A DNA stretch of 64,000 nt from Dicyema japonicum (GCA_011109175.1 RDEW01000024.1:733016-797015); one strand, 5' to 3'; positions 1 through 13,150 are shown, counted from the first letter of the stretch. Program-made: numbers and translations. The notes: generated by a model not told the origin, from the letters alone.

Positions 1-346
1 GGGGTATCATTCAGGTACCATACAGTTCTCATAAGTAATACTACAAACTTGATTTGTTGGCAAATATCACAACAAGAAAGTGTCAGGTCAACTCGTAGTA
101 AAACAGGGCCGAGAGTGAAGTGAGTAATGTTGGGAGGACGACATGGCGCTATGGTATCTCCAAGGAAGAGAAACACAAGCAGGCACAGAGCCATTAAAGT
201 ACAAACTACGCAGATTAGGTACTAAAAGGATGCGTACATTCGAGTGCATTATCGACAAGCTGGCGGGGGATCGATTGCAACCCGACAGAGCATCAGAAAG
301 ACGAATGATGTGTGAATTGATTAATGCGGTCAACCGCAGGCAGTAA
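1..346 (+). CDS. 3' end of an unidentified spliced gene (tentative)
   Basis: Removing GT-AG segments 15-35, 87-106 and 154-179 (21, 20, 26 nt) gives an open frame ...NTTNLICWQISQQESVRAESEVSNVGRTTWRYAGTEPLKYKLRRLG...AVNRRQ* ending at TAA 346, convergent with FoxK. No recognisable domain; other splice models are possible. Confidence 0.4.
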
Positions 347-452
347 TAATTGACAGCCAAAAAATCAAAGGGCCGAAGGGGGAATTACCAAACTACTTTA
401 TAATACAGAAATATTAAGAACTAAGTCATTTTTTACTAAGAGGTTTCATTTT

Positions 453-1434
453 CTAATGGGAGTCTCCCCCGTTTTGGTCACCATCTCACATATTAAATAA
501 TATTACAGATATATCTCATTGTAGGAGACGAGGGGGCTGACTGGATGTACTTCACCTTCATGAATTTAGCGGGTCGAGACTGAATGGGGGACGCTGGAGC
601 AGAACTAAACTTACTCCTACATATTAACTCTATGGGAGGGTTTTGCTTTCTGTATGGCTTCCTGGTGGTAGATCTGCGCTTCATGAAAGCCGAGGCCATC
701 ATCAGGTTTTCAGCGTCCGCCTCAAAGCACCAATAGGACCCCTTCCCCGACTCATTGGGGGATCTCGTCATCCTAACAAAGTGGGGACTAAGGGATAAAT
801 TATGACGGATTGAATTCTAAAATATAAACAGCAACAAACCTGCCAGCTCCGATCCCCCGGGTTAAAGTATGGGTAGTTGTTGGTGATATTGCTGTAAATC
901 TCACTCAGAGTAGCCCTCTTGTGGGGGGAAAGGCCAATGGCTTGGGAGATTAGCTGGGCGTAGGAATATGGGGGCTTTGTTTCTTTCAGTAAAGAAGTTT
1001 GTCCACGGTCGATTATTTGTTGTGGAATATAATTACTTGGCTCACAAACGGAATTCTGTGGTTCAGTAAAAATTGATTTTTGTGGAATGCGGGCTTTGAG
1101 TAGGGACTCGAAATGGACAACAATTTCAGTGCTGGGGAAACGAAAAGAACACCTGAGATAAATAAAAAACGGAAAACCTTGACGGAATTTTGTGGGGATT
1201 GACATTTTCCATGAGTAAAATTTCGTCAATGAAAATCCCGTTTTTGCTGAGACATTTAACAACAAAAAAGTCATCAGCATAAGAAACGGATAAATGGTTT
1301 CGAGATATAAAATGGTTATCTAAGATGGAAAGGTCCAATCCATTAGCTAAGTTACCACGGCCAATAGTAAAAATATATTTGTTCATGTAATAAACTTCAT
1401 TGTTAAGTTTAAAAAGGTCCAGTGGTAGCGACAT
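453..1434 (-). CDS. FOXK: Forkhead box K transcription factor (FHA + forkhead), ~300 aa
   Basis: FHA (TIGR...FISRNH...LSKNGIFID), CSFRFPST, forkhead KPPYSYAQLISQAI...WQNSIRHNLSL...GKGSYW and the SAPASP motif. Introns 1153-1177 (25 nt) and 817-839 (23 nt) restore the frame. A probable third intron 485-506 (22 nt) moves the stop from 493 to 453. Confidence 0.92.
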
Positions 1435-2159
1435 GCCAAATTTAAATTTTATATTATATTATGCAAATCGTAATTTTCATAAAATAATATAAAATATTAT
1501 TAAAATTAATATTATTTTATTTTATAAATATTTACTCCAAATTTCCTCCCTACGCCTTGAAAATAACCCAACTTGTTTCTTCCCCCCATCAAGTTCCTTT
1601 TGACATATTTACGTGATCGTCCACAAACCACAGTTAATGTTTAATCAATGTGGTTTTATTTTCAACAATTAATATTAGCATATTGCTTAATTCACGCTTG
1701 ATTTTGCAGGTTCTCATTTCTCTGCTTACACAGTAAATAAGCTTACTACAATTTGGGAGTTTGTAGGTTCGGTTCAGATTCTGTCTTGGACTGTGGTTTG
1801 ACCATTTAATCTCGACCGGAAACCACAGTTTCTAATCATTTAGAGGATTTTTTTAATCAAAAAAGGCCTTCTTTTACAGATATAAATGATTAGTCAAACG
1901 AACATGTAAATTGACTGGGTTGACAGGTTGATTTTTGATAGTCATGGGGCAGGGATATATTACTGGTGTACACTGGGGTACCGAATAGTCACAGACCCTA
2001 TGGTCAACCACAGAGGTTCTTTGACTTTCAACATCATCGTTTCCAAGCGTTGGTTGGAGAAGCAAATGTGACCTCATTATGCTAATTAGGCCAATATTAT
2101 CAACATTGCATTTGTCAAAGCAAAATACGCCTTTTGATTTTATTAATTGAGTTTATCTA

Positions 2160-3060
2160 CGTCCCACGTTCGCTTAGGCAGAGACCTCCCAAAATTACGT
2201 AAATGTCCTTCTTAATTATTAAAAAGGAAGAAAAGGCCTCCAGTGGAGTGGGGGAGAACAAATGGTTTCTTTTCGTGTGGGAACCATCTTAGACAGATGC
2301 TGCTCTAGTAGAACGAGTTAAGAGAAAGGGAGAGAAACCTCGATCAAGGAGTCAGTGGGGGATTGAAGCATTCTTTTAGATTGGAGTCCTCGGTAATTTC
2401 ATAAATTCTAAATTTCATTGAAGATTCAAAGTTATGGAATTTATTTTATCGAGGAATTTAAATCACATATTTAATTATCAATAAATTTATTTGAAACGAA
2501 TGATCCCAATTATTGGGCGGGAGATCGATAGGCGATTTCGGAGTCTCTGAGTTACCTCCTTTAACACTGTCTATATGGTGATGTCGGTTCCGGAAGGTCG
2601 TGGACACTCTGCACCTTTTTGAAGAGGGCTTGAAGGAGTTGAGGAAATTTCGAGTTTGGAGACTCCCGTCAGAGAGCCTTAGATTTTCCTTGAATTTGTT
2701 TATCCTAGGTTTGTTACACATCCCCCGCAGTCGTAGCTGGAATGTTATGACTAATAAAATTCGAAGGTAGTTACTCGTTCCCCCTTATGCTCACAAGGCT
2801 ATTGGAAGACCCTTTGTGTCATTCCGAATCCACTCTGTAGTTTGATTGTTTGTACTAGTCCTGGGGTCAGGCACTCTAGAGGTCTCCACAGAAATCGGTT
2901 GGGAGACAAATCTGTCCGTCATCCCCTTAAACAACTGTACAATTCAGCCAGGTTTCCTTATTTTTGCTTAAAAATCCTTTAATCTCTGATCAACTATGAT
3001 TGCATGAAGAAGAAGGTTGAAATACTTGGGTAAAGGCTCTTCAAAATGTACTGAAGTAGG
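2160..3060 (-). mobile_element. Highly degenerate LINE-like remnant
   Basis: Broken frames with faint RT-like segments (FLLTRSTRAASV*DGSHT); no intact motif. Confidence 0.35.
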
Positions 3061-3479
3061 CGCTTTTGTTTTTTTTCTATGTGTGCCACGGAAGAATTTG
3101 AATTATTAAAAAAGAGACTCCACTTAAAGGGGGGACTCCACCAGACTCAAACTGACTTCTGGTCATATTTATTATAAGATTTGGGATGTCTGGTCTTGTC
3201 ATACTGATGGCCACAACATGACATCTTCACACAATAAGTTGTCCGGAATGGTAATGACTTTTATAGTGCAGTGGAGCTTAGATAAGGAGAGGTGCTTAAA
3301 CTGCACCAAAATCCATCATGGTTTGTTTCTGCATAATATGAGTGACTGTTGTGACCCTTTAATTTTTGGGTCAACGTCAACATTTGGCTGTTAAAGAAAA
3401 CTGCTCAAATGGGAGATTTACATTCGAATCAACATGGAATTTTTGATGTGATCCACCTTCACGTGGAAATAATTGGATA

Positions 3480-5790
3480 CCAGTTTCAACCTGGCAACTT
3501 AAAGAACCACAACTATTCCCCTGTCAACGTGTCCAACGACCTCTGGAAAGTCGGACTGGATGATGGCGGCTATTGGCTACTCCTTGGCTAATTTTAATCT
3601 TTGCTGGGGACATCGAACAAAATCCCGATCTCACAAAAACATAAAAAACGAAAGTACCCAGAAAGTCAATTCTTCCGTACTACAAGGATTACTCAATTGT
3701 CCGCTGTGATCGACCGAATTCAAGAAGTTGAGGCGGGGTACTCATACACAAATCTATACCACTCCCTGATACTTTCTCTCAGACACAAGCTCTCTTTGAA
3801 GGTGACGATCACATCGAACTTAGTTCCGCCTTGATCAAAATAAACCACACACCGTACACATTTGTAAATATTTACATCCCACCACCAAGTCCTCTTATGA
3901 AACGTTGCCCTCCAAAACTAACTGAATTACGAAAGATTAAAAATGTAATAATCTGGGGAGACTTAAATGCCAAGGATCCGCTTTGGCTAATCGGCCAGAG
4001 GAGCAATGAGAGGGGGTTCCTGGTATTCTCTCAACTGGAACAGCTAGTTACCCTCAATGACAAAAAATCACACACAGATTCCAGACCCGGACACTTCAAT
4101 ACACCTCCTGACCTCACTATGTTCTCCACCACTATCTTGGGGGATATTTTGAAAAGTTATATACGACCTCCACTCTGACCATAATCGAATTCTTCTGTCA
4201 ATCAAACTACTCCCGCCTATTGTTAGGCACCGGAAAACCAGAATAAATTACAAACGTGCAAAATATGATTCATTCCGCGAATAAACAGAAAAATTTCTAT
4301 CCAAAATTGGATCGATGGTACAATTTCATCACCAGAATTAACCACCAAACAAAACTATAGGATTTTTGGGGTACTTTACGTGGAATTCAGTCGAGACAAA
4401 ATAGAATGGAGACAACCCACGCCACCAGTATTTACAAGAACACCACGTGATTTCGCAGATCAGGAAGATATCAAAATGAACCACTACGCAAAAGTGGGTC
4501 ACATAAGAATGAACAGATGCTCTCGTCCATGCAAATTGAAAAACGTTCAAACTCCTCAAGGAGCACGACCGATGTCGAAAAACTTATCAAAACGCCAAAA
4601 ACTCGCCTGCCATAGAGCTTATGGAATCAGCATTTGAAGCACGTGGGAATACAAGGACTCAAGGCAATAACAAACATTTTTTAAGTCCATCAACAACTGC
4701 CGAAATCTTGCGATACGGAAAAATCCAAAATAATCCCAACCCTGAAGTCCAAAAGAGATCCTTTGGATCCGGGATCTTTCAGACCAATTTTGCTATCATC
4801 TGTAGTATCGAAAATTGTTGCACGTATTGTATTAAAACTAATATCGGAGTATCTTCCCTGATTTTCAACATGCCTTCCAATTTTGCTATCATCTGTAGTA
4901 TCGAAAATTGTTGCACGTGTTGTATTAAAACTAATATCGGAGTATCTTCCCTGATTTTCAACATGGCTTTCGTCCACAATACTCCACATCAACACATCTC
5001 CCTACCATAACTCAATATATCCCTGATGGTCTCAACAATCTTCGCAACGGACTATCCTTGCATCGATTGACCCAACCAACGCCTTTGATCGATCATCAAG
5101 GCTGGTTCTAAGCAACAAAATTATTGCATCTCGAATTCCTCCACGTCTTCAAAATAGGCTATCAAACTTCTTCTCTGGAAGAATTGTTCAGGTTGAAATG
5201 ATGTCATGTCTATCTCACTACCTATTCCTTCCAAATAAAGTTCCCCAAGACTCCGTTTTGTCTCCTACCTCATTCAACTTGCACCTAAGCGAGATTCCAA
5301 CCAATTCCAAGACACTTCTCCTATAGTATGCGGATGACCTGATTATCGCATCTAAAGATAAAGACGTTATCGAAGGATGTTCAGAACCAATTGAACACTC
5401 TTGGAGGGTGGCTTGGAGCAAATCACCTATCCCACTCTCCATCGAAATCCACCGTCGCTGTATTCACGTCCAACGGCTCCCAACTAAATTTACAACCAAT
5501 TTTAACAAGAAAAACACTCCCCGTTACGAAAAATCCCAAAATACTTGAAGTCATTTTCGACCAACTACTAACTTTCTCGAAACCGACGTATGATGTCCTC
5601 TGTCCCTTTTGCAACCTCTACGTGTGACAACAAATCACTTATTTGGATGTCATGAATTTGCACAACGTTCGTCTACAATGCCGGGACTGACCGATCTATG
5701 GGAGCGACCGGCATTTGCTGCGTCCTATTTAACAGCTGCTGACCTTCTACAAGTTAGTGAGGCCGGGGTTACTTAACTAACTAATCAACA
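3480..5790 (+). mobile_element. Degenerate Ingi/Vingi-like (I-group) non-LTR retrotransposon: 2A-like motif, APE, RT, C-terminal Cys/His motif
   Basis: APE motifs NIYIPP, IWGDLNA, PPDLT and SDH. RT motifs FRPILLSSVVSKI, FQHGFRP, VPQDSVLSP and YADD (5327-5338). C-terminal CPFC..HLFGC..DLWERP..AASYL. Many stops and frameshifts. Confidence 0.85.
4784..4965. repeat. Direct duplication, 93-bp period
   Basis: ccaattttgctatcatctg...ttttcaacatg occurs at 4784 and 4877. Confidence 0.95.
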
Positions 5791-5829
5791 TAGTGACAAA
5801 CACATTATGAATTTATAAGTTTAAATTTT

Positions 5830-6830
5830 TTATTAAAAATGATAAGGACAAAACATTAGTTAGCTGCCGCCCTCATTGCGTGGCTGTTCCCTCTCAGAAT
5901 TGCGAGCGAAATTCGCTCAAACAGCCAGCGGCGTTCGCGGAGATCTCCAGTGCATGAGCTGATCCGGTTTCCAAGACGTCCGAAAAACTCTAGTGTAGAG
6001 GGGGAGTAGGATCTGGAAGTTTCCATAGCAAGGGGATCAAATTGGACATTATCGGGGAGGTTGCCGTATTTTTTGAGTTTGGACTTCTCCGCCTTGACGG
6101 CTGCAGAGCAGGTCCTTGAAGCGCACTAGTGAAGATTGTTCGGGACGAACGTGTCTGTACATGTCACGTCCCAAACAAGTGGTTTCCCGGCCTCAAAGGG
6201 AAATATGGTCATCTCACCCGGTCGTTTCCTGTCACTTCAGCATAACCCGACCGGTTCAAGAATGGCCGAGTATCCAGCAGCATCCATAGCCCGCTTGACA
6301 ATCTCATTCAGAACCTTGTGCCTTGAAGATCTACCAGTACTCTTCTTGCAGGCGAGAGGGTGCAGGCCATAACAGCCCATCAGGACACCACATCGGCACG
6401 GGTGAGGTACACATACTTTCAGTCTCAGCCGCAGAGTTGACAATCTCATTCAGAACCTTGTGCCTTTAAGATCTGCCAGTACTCCTTTTGCAGGCGAGAG
6501 GGTGCAGGCCATAACAGTCCATCAGGACACCACATCGGCACGGGTGAGGTACACATACTTTCAGTTCCAGCCGCAGAGAGACACCACTTCTAACTCATTC
6601 ATTATCCAGAAAAGTGCCCAGAGCTCCATTTGAGATGGTGTTTAGCCAAGCTCCGCTCTCAGGGGAAGCCCCCGAAAGCAAACAAGCGCGTCAGTGATGA
6701 TTGGCCGATTCCAGTAGGAGTCCAAATGATTTCCAGCACAATAAATTGTCCAGGTTTCGCTGGCAATCTTGTGAAGGAGGCAGGGGGAGGTTGGTGGCAT
6801 TCCAGGCTTCTCGTGCGTGGATTATTGGTC
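5830..6830 (-). mobile_element. CRE-clade non-LTR retrotransposon 3' part (family A)
   Basis: CVPHPCRCG..HPLAC..SRHKVLNEIVKRA..GYSAILEP..RPGE..FPFEAGKPLVWD zinc knuckle plus restriction-like endonuclease. The 3' UTR matches 37840-38050 and 55740-55970. Confidence 0.85.
6295..6578. repeat. Tandem duplication, 142-bp period
   Basis: ttgacaatctcattcag...ccgcagag at 6295 and 6437, with a few mismatches. Confidence 0.95.
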
Positions 6831-6923
6831 AATTGAAAATTCGGGTAGGGAGTGGTACGTACCTAGGGTAGCCACTTTTCAGGATATACTACACTTTATT
6901 AAGAGCCATTTTAATTATAGCTC

Positions 6924-7180
6924 CTCACAGTAGGACAAACACTTTATCTAATCGATAATGGAGAACCAAGGAATGCTCTTCGCTTCTTTTTTATTTTTAT
7001 TGGGTGTGAGTCCTTTTGTAGACGATCCGGTTTCCCAGTGAAATGTTCACTGATGACGGCATCACTCGTCAAAACAAAGTATCGTAGATGTGTGGAACCT
7101 TCAGCCAGAATGTAAAGTAGCTTGATTTAAACTAGGAGCCATCAGACCTTCTGCCCGGCACTCGTTACACTGCGCCACCC
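6924..7180 (-). mobile_element. tRNA-derived SINE, near full-length copy
   Basis: Reverse strand begins gggTGGCGCAGTG (A box); the B box is decayed. Body and tail align with 51985-52250. Confidence 0.7.
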
Positions 7181-7289
7181 TGCCAGAATAAGGAAATAAG
7201 ACGAATAAGATAAATGACCACAAAGCCTCTGCGTTATTCGTATATAGTAATCCACAAAATAACAACATAAATAATATTTATTATTTAAA

Positions 7290-7680
7290 GAGGTTGGCAT
7301 CACGTCTCAAGACCGTTTGCAGACTGTGGAGGTAAAGAAAAAAAAGAAGTATGACTTTCTTGCAAACGAGATGGGGCAGATGCTTGGTTACAAGGTCCTT
7401 ATTTCTATAGTAACGACGTGGGAAGGGATTGCAAAAAAGTACCACAAGGGTTGTCTGAAGCAGTTGGGGGTAGATAGGAAGCTCCAGGCCTATCTACATT
7501 CCACTGTGTTAAAGCGGACCCTAGAGAGCCTGACACTTAAGTATTGGAGGCAGAGCCCTGAGATGCCATATGGGCAGAGGGCTCAATTGGATAAGGCGCT
7601 CTCGGAGTTGTTTCAGCAACCAGAATCGAACCTGCCTGAGGAGACTGGCGAACAGGCAGGCGATGAAGGTTGTTGATTAT
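7290..7680 (+). mobile_element. R4/Dong-like non-LTR element, C-terminal RLE fragment
   Basis: TVEVKKKKKYDFLANEMG..IVTTWEGI..KYH..LQAYLHSTVLKRTLESL; related to 17820-18118 and 53100-53420. Confidence 0.7.
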
Positions 7681-7805
7681 TAAATATATTAACTTTTTTT
7701 ATAGTTGGTTAAATAAAGTGGATATTTATTATTTAAATAATTGTTAAAATTAATTTAAATTTAAATTCTGTATCATAAACGTGCCATACTACTTTGGTGG
7801 TACCA

Positions 7806-9392
7806 ATGTCAGCGAGTGAATATAGATTCGGGCTAAATAACGTCAAAAGGCTGAAAGAATTCCAAAAATCTGAACATAAACCCAATAAAATCAAGGTATA
7901 ACATCACTCATCCCAGCCCACTGAATCACTCCCAGATTGGTTCAAATCCCCATTAAAAGTCCCAAACAACGAAAAGGCTGGAAAAGTCAGAAAATTCTCA
8001 CTTTTGGACAAACACCTAAGACAAAGACTTAGAAAGAACAAAATCCGTCGACTGTTCCCAAGTTGTCCCCATTGTTATATCAAATAGTCCAACAGTGCGT
8101 CTTACCCTATTTACTGGCCCCCCAAAACCCATACTTTTATTTACACAAGGATCCGTATGACATTTGTGTGTCTTCCCCCACGGGAAGTGGAAAGACGTTG
8201 TTATTCGTCCTTTCAATCATTCAGGTACTCATAATAGTCAACTAAGGCTCTGCGAACTCGACTTCTTGTACAACTGAGGGCGCTGGTGGTGGTCCCAGTG
8301 ACCGACCTTGGGGTTCAAATTCACAGTGTATTCAAAGAATATTCCTCCCACACAGATCTCTCAGTACAGTGTATAATCACCAGGTTGTACTCTTGGGAAG
8401 TGGGACCCTATCTTTCCAAAAGGAACAGAAAAGATTAGTTGACTCTGAAATGAGACTACTTGCTGATGTTGTGATATCAACGCCGGGACGTCTGGTCGAC
8501 CACATTAGACACACTCGTGGGTTCTCTCTGAATAATCTACGGTTTCTGGTTATCACATGGGTTACTTTAGGTTATTGATGAGGCGGACAGGATGTTGAGG
8601 GATGACAAGCATCAGTGGATTGTGAGGACTCTTCCGTCCCTGGACTGCCAGAAGCTACTGTTCTCAGCCACCCTCACCCACGAACCCGACAAACTAGCCT
8701 CTATCGCCTTATCCAAACCAAAACTGTTCACATCAGCTAGTGGATCTTCATTTGTTAAGCCGGGGAGATTGAAGGAGTCCTATGTTATTGTGGATGAGAA
8801 TACGAGGCCCTTGGTTGTTGTCTATATGATGACCACATGGAAGTACGATAGGGTTGTCTGCTTTGTTAATTCTGTTCTCTCGGCTAATCGGTTGGTTTAT
8901 TGTGATATTCAGTCTTTCTCTTGTTTTGACGGAATATGGAATAAGTGACCTCGCGATACTCACCTCACATCAACCGCCTAAAAAGCGCGCCACAATTTTA
9001 AAAAATTTTAATAGTAATTCTATAAAAATGTAATTCTTGATTAAATAAATAGATTAATATGTTCTGATATGGCCACGAGGGGGATTGACTTTGGGGATGT
9101 CAAATATGTGATTTCTTATGATTACTGCAAACACTTAAAGACGTATATCCACCGAATTGGAAGAACTGCACGTGCTGGACATGAAGGAACGAGTATAATA
9201 TTGCTAAATAAGACTCAGGTTGGTAGTCTGGGTTACCTTGTTTAGTTGAGGCGGTTTATGCGACAGACAAGACAGAGTGATGTGAAGACTGTGAGTATTA
9301 AAGAATTGAAGGTTAATGAAAAGGATATTAGGAAGTTGGCTAATAAGTTTGAGGATACTTTGTTGAAGGTCTCAAATAAACTGAATAGCTAA
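7806..9392 (+). CDS. DDX51: DEAD-box RNA helicase DDX51/Dbp6-like, 467 aa, 9 exons
   Basis: Introns 7896-7916, 8062-8087, 8225-8246, 8364-8383, 8549-8570, 8891-8912, 9030-9052 and 9219-9245 (21, 26, 22, 20, 22, 22, 23, 27 nt) give one ORF. Motifs: LFPIQ, DICVSSPTGSGKT, STPGRLVDH, VIDEADR, QKLLFSATL, SDMATRGID, YIHRIGRTARAG. Confidence 0.92.
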
Positions 9393-9639
9393 CTATTTTG
9401 TACAATAATATATTTTTTGTTATTAATGGAGTTATGCTACATTAGTATTGTATGTGCTTGTTGCTCTCTTAGGAATGCTGAAGGGCATGGGACTGGGGGT
9501 TGCGTCTAAGAAAATCTATTAAGTGTATTAAATCTGATTATGGATCGTTTAGGTTCCTTCAGTGAAAGTCCAAACACCAGGGTTAAGAGAGACTTGCCCA
9601 AACGTCTGTAAGACCTTTTATGAATGGCCCAGTGAGAGG

Positions 9640-10000
9640 CACTTATTAACTACTTAAAAACGATAAACGAAATATAATAGGCTTTATGGATTGACCTGTG
9701 AGTAATGCGTGGTACGTTTGTGTTATCATCTGGGAGAACAGCGAAATTCGAACTCGGAAGCACCTGAATTTTAATCCACATATGACGCTATTTCTAGGCC
9801 TTCCACGGAAACACCCTTCCATAGTTTTGTTCGACGCAGATGCTAATTCCATGTGGCCGAATACTCTCCAGCAAGACTTCATTATCTCGAGGCTTATTGC
9901 AGCTGCATCTATTCCAGAGTGTTTGATCTTCCCTCTGAATTCTTAGATTTTTTTAATGCACTCATATTTACGTCAAATAATTTATTCGAATGCACAATAC
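9640..10000 (-). mobile_element. RTE-clade LINE C-terminal fragment
   Basis: WRVFGHM..FRGRPR, like the RTE tails at 31623, 47941 and 62870. Confidence 0.6.
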
Positions 10001-10384
10001 CGTGATAGGTGAGTCTGATGTGTCTGCTAGGAAGCACGCCATAACAACGAATGAGAAAACACGAACAAAAGTAATTATTTTGTTTCCTCTCATGATTGCC
10101 ATGGAGACCAACTGGATAAGTCATCCCTTTTCGAGGTCATCATGGTTTCTGAGAGAGACAATACGTCAGTTTTTTTTTAGTTTCTTAAAATTAAATTAAT
10201 TTGATTTTTTGTTGAGTTAAAAGTAATTCATCATTTTAAATATATTTTTTGAAATTTAATATTTAATTTTTCAAAAAAATTCTATTCGTGTTTCACGACA
10301 ATATTAGGATCCTCTTCATTACTCCATCTTCAAAACAACAGCCCTGCCTCCATGGAGTAGTAATGTCCCCTCCACTATTAGCCC

Positions 10385-10570
10385 TACTCAGGCAGAACTC
10401 AAACTTTATTTAAGAGGTAAGAACTGGCATTGAGAATGCTATTGACTCTCGTTCTTTTTTGTATGAGTCCCAGAAGACAATCCGGCTCCGCAGTCATGAA
10501 ACACTGATGACGGGGTCGCTCGTCAAACCAGAAGCTTCACAGACGCGTGAAACCTTCAATCGAATAGACA
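10385..10570 (-). mobile_element. SINE copy, 5'-truncated and diverged
   Basis: Reverse complement contains ttgacgagcgaccccgtcatcagtg and a tail matching the other copies. Confidence 0.6.
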
Positions 10571-10689
10571 GCAGGGACGAAGAAATTTAAAACATCTTGG
10601 ATTTTTAAGTTTTTTAATAAGGGTTTAATTTTATCTGTTCCAGTCGTATTTATTAAACACAGTCTTTTATCAAATTTTGATACCTACTC

Positions 10690-10800
10690 TTAGAGAAATT
10701 TGGCCAACTCAGCCTCGGACCCAAGCTATGCTTCTAAGAAAACTGAGGATCAGAAGAGAAGGAAGTACCGAAGCATTTCGAGAGATTATTTGTTTGTCTC
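10690..10800 (+). mobile_element. CRE-like endonuclease fragment
   Basis: SASDPSYASKKTEDQKRRKYRSISRDYLF; a related piece lies at 12330-12440. Confidence 0.55.
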
Positions 10801-11534
10801 TAAGTCAGGGATCCTTTCTAATAGTTGACGCTCAATCATTTAAAGGGTCACCGAGGATCCACGTGAGACGGGATGGCTTCGAGAGCGTATCTCGAGGCTC
10901 ATCCGACGTTAGAACTTCAAATCCAGAGGTTCAGCCAAGAGCACTCAACCCCACCAAATGGTATCCCTCCAGAATGCGACAATCAATCTTAAGCGTCGTT
11001 TCAATAACTACCAGGATATCGACCTTAATGGTCCTCACAGGGAGTTCTAGTTCATCATGCCTTTTCCTTAAGAAGCAGGCATTTACCACCACTATTTTTC
11101 AACCTCTTCTTAGCAAACTTTCCTGTGGCCTGATCCCCCAACCAGGGCTGCCACTTTTTTTTAATCCATCTACTCTTCAACTCAGAGAGTTAGTTCTGGG
11201 CATCTTCTGTACCTTGATTGGTTGAACCAAAGTTGATGCAGTCCCTGTTTTACCTTCACATCTGACAAAATCATGTTCTTAGGCACAACGAAGACATTTC
11301 TAGCCGAAAGTAGCCATGGTCCGTATGATGGGCCTCTTCTCATCAATTCACATGTGACTATCTCACGAGTAATCATGAGCCAAGCAGACAAGCGACGTTG
11401 CCTCTGGATCCAATAGTCACTTTCACAATAGGCAGCCTCCAGTCCCCCTGTAGAACCGGGGCCATCCCCTTGACATACTTTTAAAGTCATCATCTTCACC
11501 CCAGAAAAGCAAGTTTTTCAGGAGATATTGTCTT

Positions 11535-11652
11535 TCAGTTCCACACCGGTAAGTCTACACATACATCTCGTAAAAACATCCCCCAATCCACAAATTTGTT
11601 AGCACTCCATTCTATCTCTATGATACCATTTAAATGAGTGCTTGTATTTTCA
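11535..11652 (-). mobile_element. Possible ISXO2/Merlin-type transposase fragment, cut by a gap
   Basis: SANKFVDWGMFLRDVC resembles the VDWxxFxREVC segment of eukaryotic ISXO2-like transposases. Confidence 0.4.
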
Positions 11653-12011
11653 NNNNNNNNNNNNNNNNNNNNNNNNNNNNNNNNNNNNNNNNNNNNNNNN
11701 NNNNNNNNNNNNNNNNNNNNNNNNNNNNNNNNNNNNNNNNNNNNNNNNNNNNNNNNNNNNNNNNNNNNNNNNNNNNNNNNNNNNNNNNNNNNNNNNNNNN
11801 NNNNNNNNNNNNNNNNNNNNNNNNNNNNNNNNNNNNNNNNNNNNNNNNNNNNNNNNNNNNNNNNNNNNNNNNNNNNNNNNNNNNNNNNNNNNNNNNNNNN
11901 NNNNNNNNNNNNNNNNNNNNNNNNNNNNNNNNNNNNNNNNNNNNNNNNNNNNNNNNNNNNNNNNNNNNNNNNNNNNNNNNNNNNNNNNNNNNNNNNNNNN
12001 NNNNNNNNNNN

Positions 12012-12300
12012 TGGACATGCGTGTTCGGTAGTTGGAAAGATATAATGTTTGTATAAAAATTCGAGGAAAGGAATGGAAGAAATCGGGGATCTGGCAAAGG
12101 TCTTGAAAATCCCAATTTTATTTTGCACGTGATGTGTGAATGTGAACAGTGGGTCTAATGTGATTCCATAAATGTAAGTTTGGTTCAAAGTCTCATGTGT
12201 CCTTGTATTGATTTTTCTGGACTCCGATGTATTGCTGTGACTATGAGATCGTTTTATGATTACTTTCCCATTCGCTAATGGTCAGAACCCGATTTAGTAT
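12012..12300 (-). mobile_element. I-group LINE RT C-terminal fragment
   Basis: IYGITLDPLFTFTHHV..FLYKHYIFPTTEHAC. Confidence 0.6.
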
Positions 12301-12319
12301 GCTACGTGTGTTTATACGT

Positions 12320-13150
12320 ACTCTCAGAAAAATTTGGCAGCTTCAGTCTCGGACCCAGGTCAGACTTTTAAACAATTTCAGGATCAGAAGAGGAGGAAAT
12401 ACTGAAGAATTACGGAGGATCACTTGTGTGTCCCATTTGTTGTTGAGATGTCAGGAATCTTAGGTCCACAAGCTGACGATCTAGTCCGTCGGATTCCAAT
12501 TGACACTCCAAGATAGACCAAGTTAGCGACGTCTTCATGATCCTCAAACTGCACTTCTGTTGGTTGAATCATCGAAAGTCAGATCCACAGAGCGTTAGTT
12601 ATCTCCGTCGAAAAGATCTAACCTCAAAAGATACATTAATGGCTAGTATTTCGCCAGTCGGAAAACGACCAGAGTTGATGACAATCTTCCCTTTTGAAGC
12701 CGGAAAACCTCTCGTCTGGAACCNAAAGTCAAATCCACAGAGCGTTAGTTATCTCCGTCGAAAAGATCTAACCTCAAAAGATACAGTAATGGCTAGTATT
12801 TTGCCAGTCGGAAAACGACCAGATTTGATGACAATCTTCTCTTTTGAAGCCGGGAAACCTCTCGTCTGGGACGCCAGCTGCACCAACACGTCTACCCCTT
12901 GCAACCTATTCTAAAGTACCTCTGGAGCCTGTTCTGCCGCTAAGAAGGCCGAGAGGTTGAAGCGGGCAAAGTACATGGTCCCACCAAATGATTTTTGTTC
13001 GCTCCAATCCTTGAGTATTCTGGTCCCCTTGCGCCTGCGATGCTGGAATTCATGAGTCGTCTAGGGAATTGGATTTCTACACGATCAGGAGACCCCCGTG
13101 AGGGCTGCTAGTTATTTGAGCGAATCTCAATCGCCATCCTGAAAAGGAAT
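12320..13150 (+). mobile_element. CRE-clade 3' fragments with a 150-bp duplicated unit joined at a single N (12575/12725)
   Basis: GKRPELMTIFPFEAGKPLVWDASCTNT..KRAKY..RISIAILKRN. Confidence 0.8.

Noticed and set aside
1630-2085. Small gene divergent from FoxK (GT-AG segments 1653-1678, 1710-1733, 1927-1952; 44-codon last exon)
   Set aside because: No combination I tried gave a continuous ORF from an ATG; RNA data are needed.
3124-3362. TTAA-flanked Kolobok-like MITE
   Set aside because: The putative TIRs match for only 4 bp.
11496-11511. 16-bp inverted match to 34414-34429
   Set aside because: About the number of 16-mers expected by chance in a 64-kb two-strand self-comparison; the flanks do not align.
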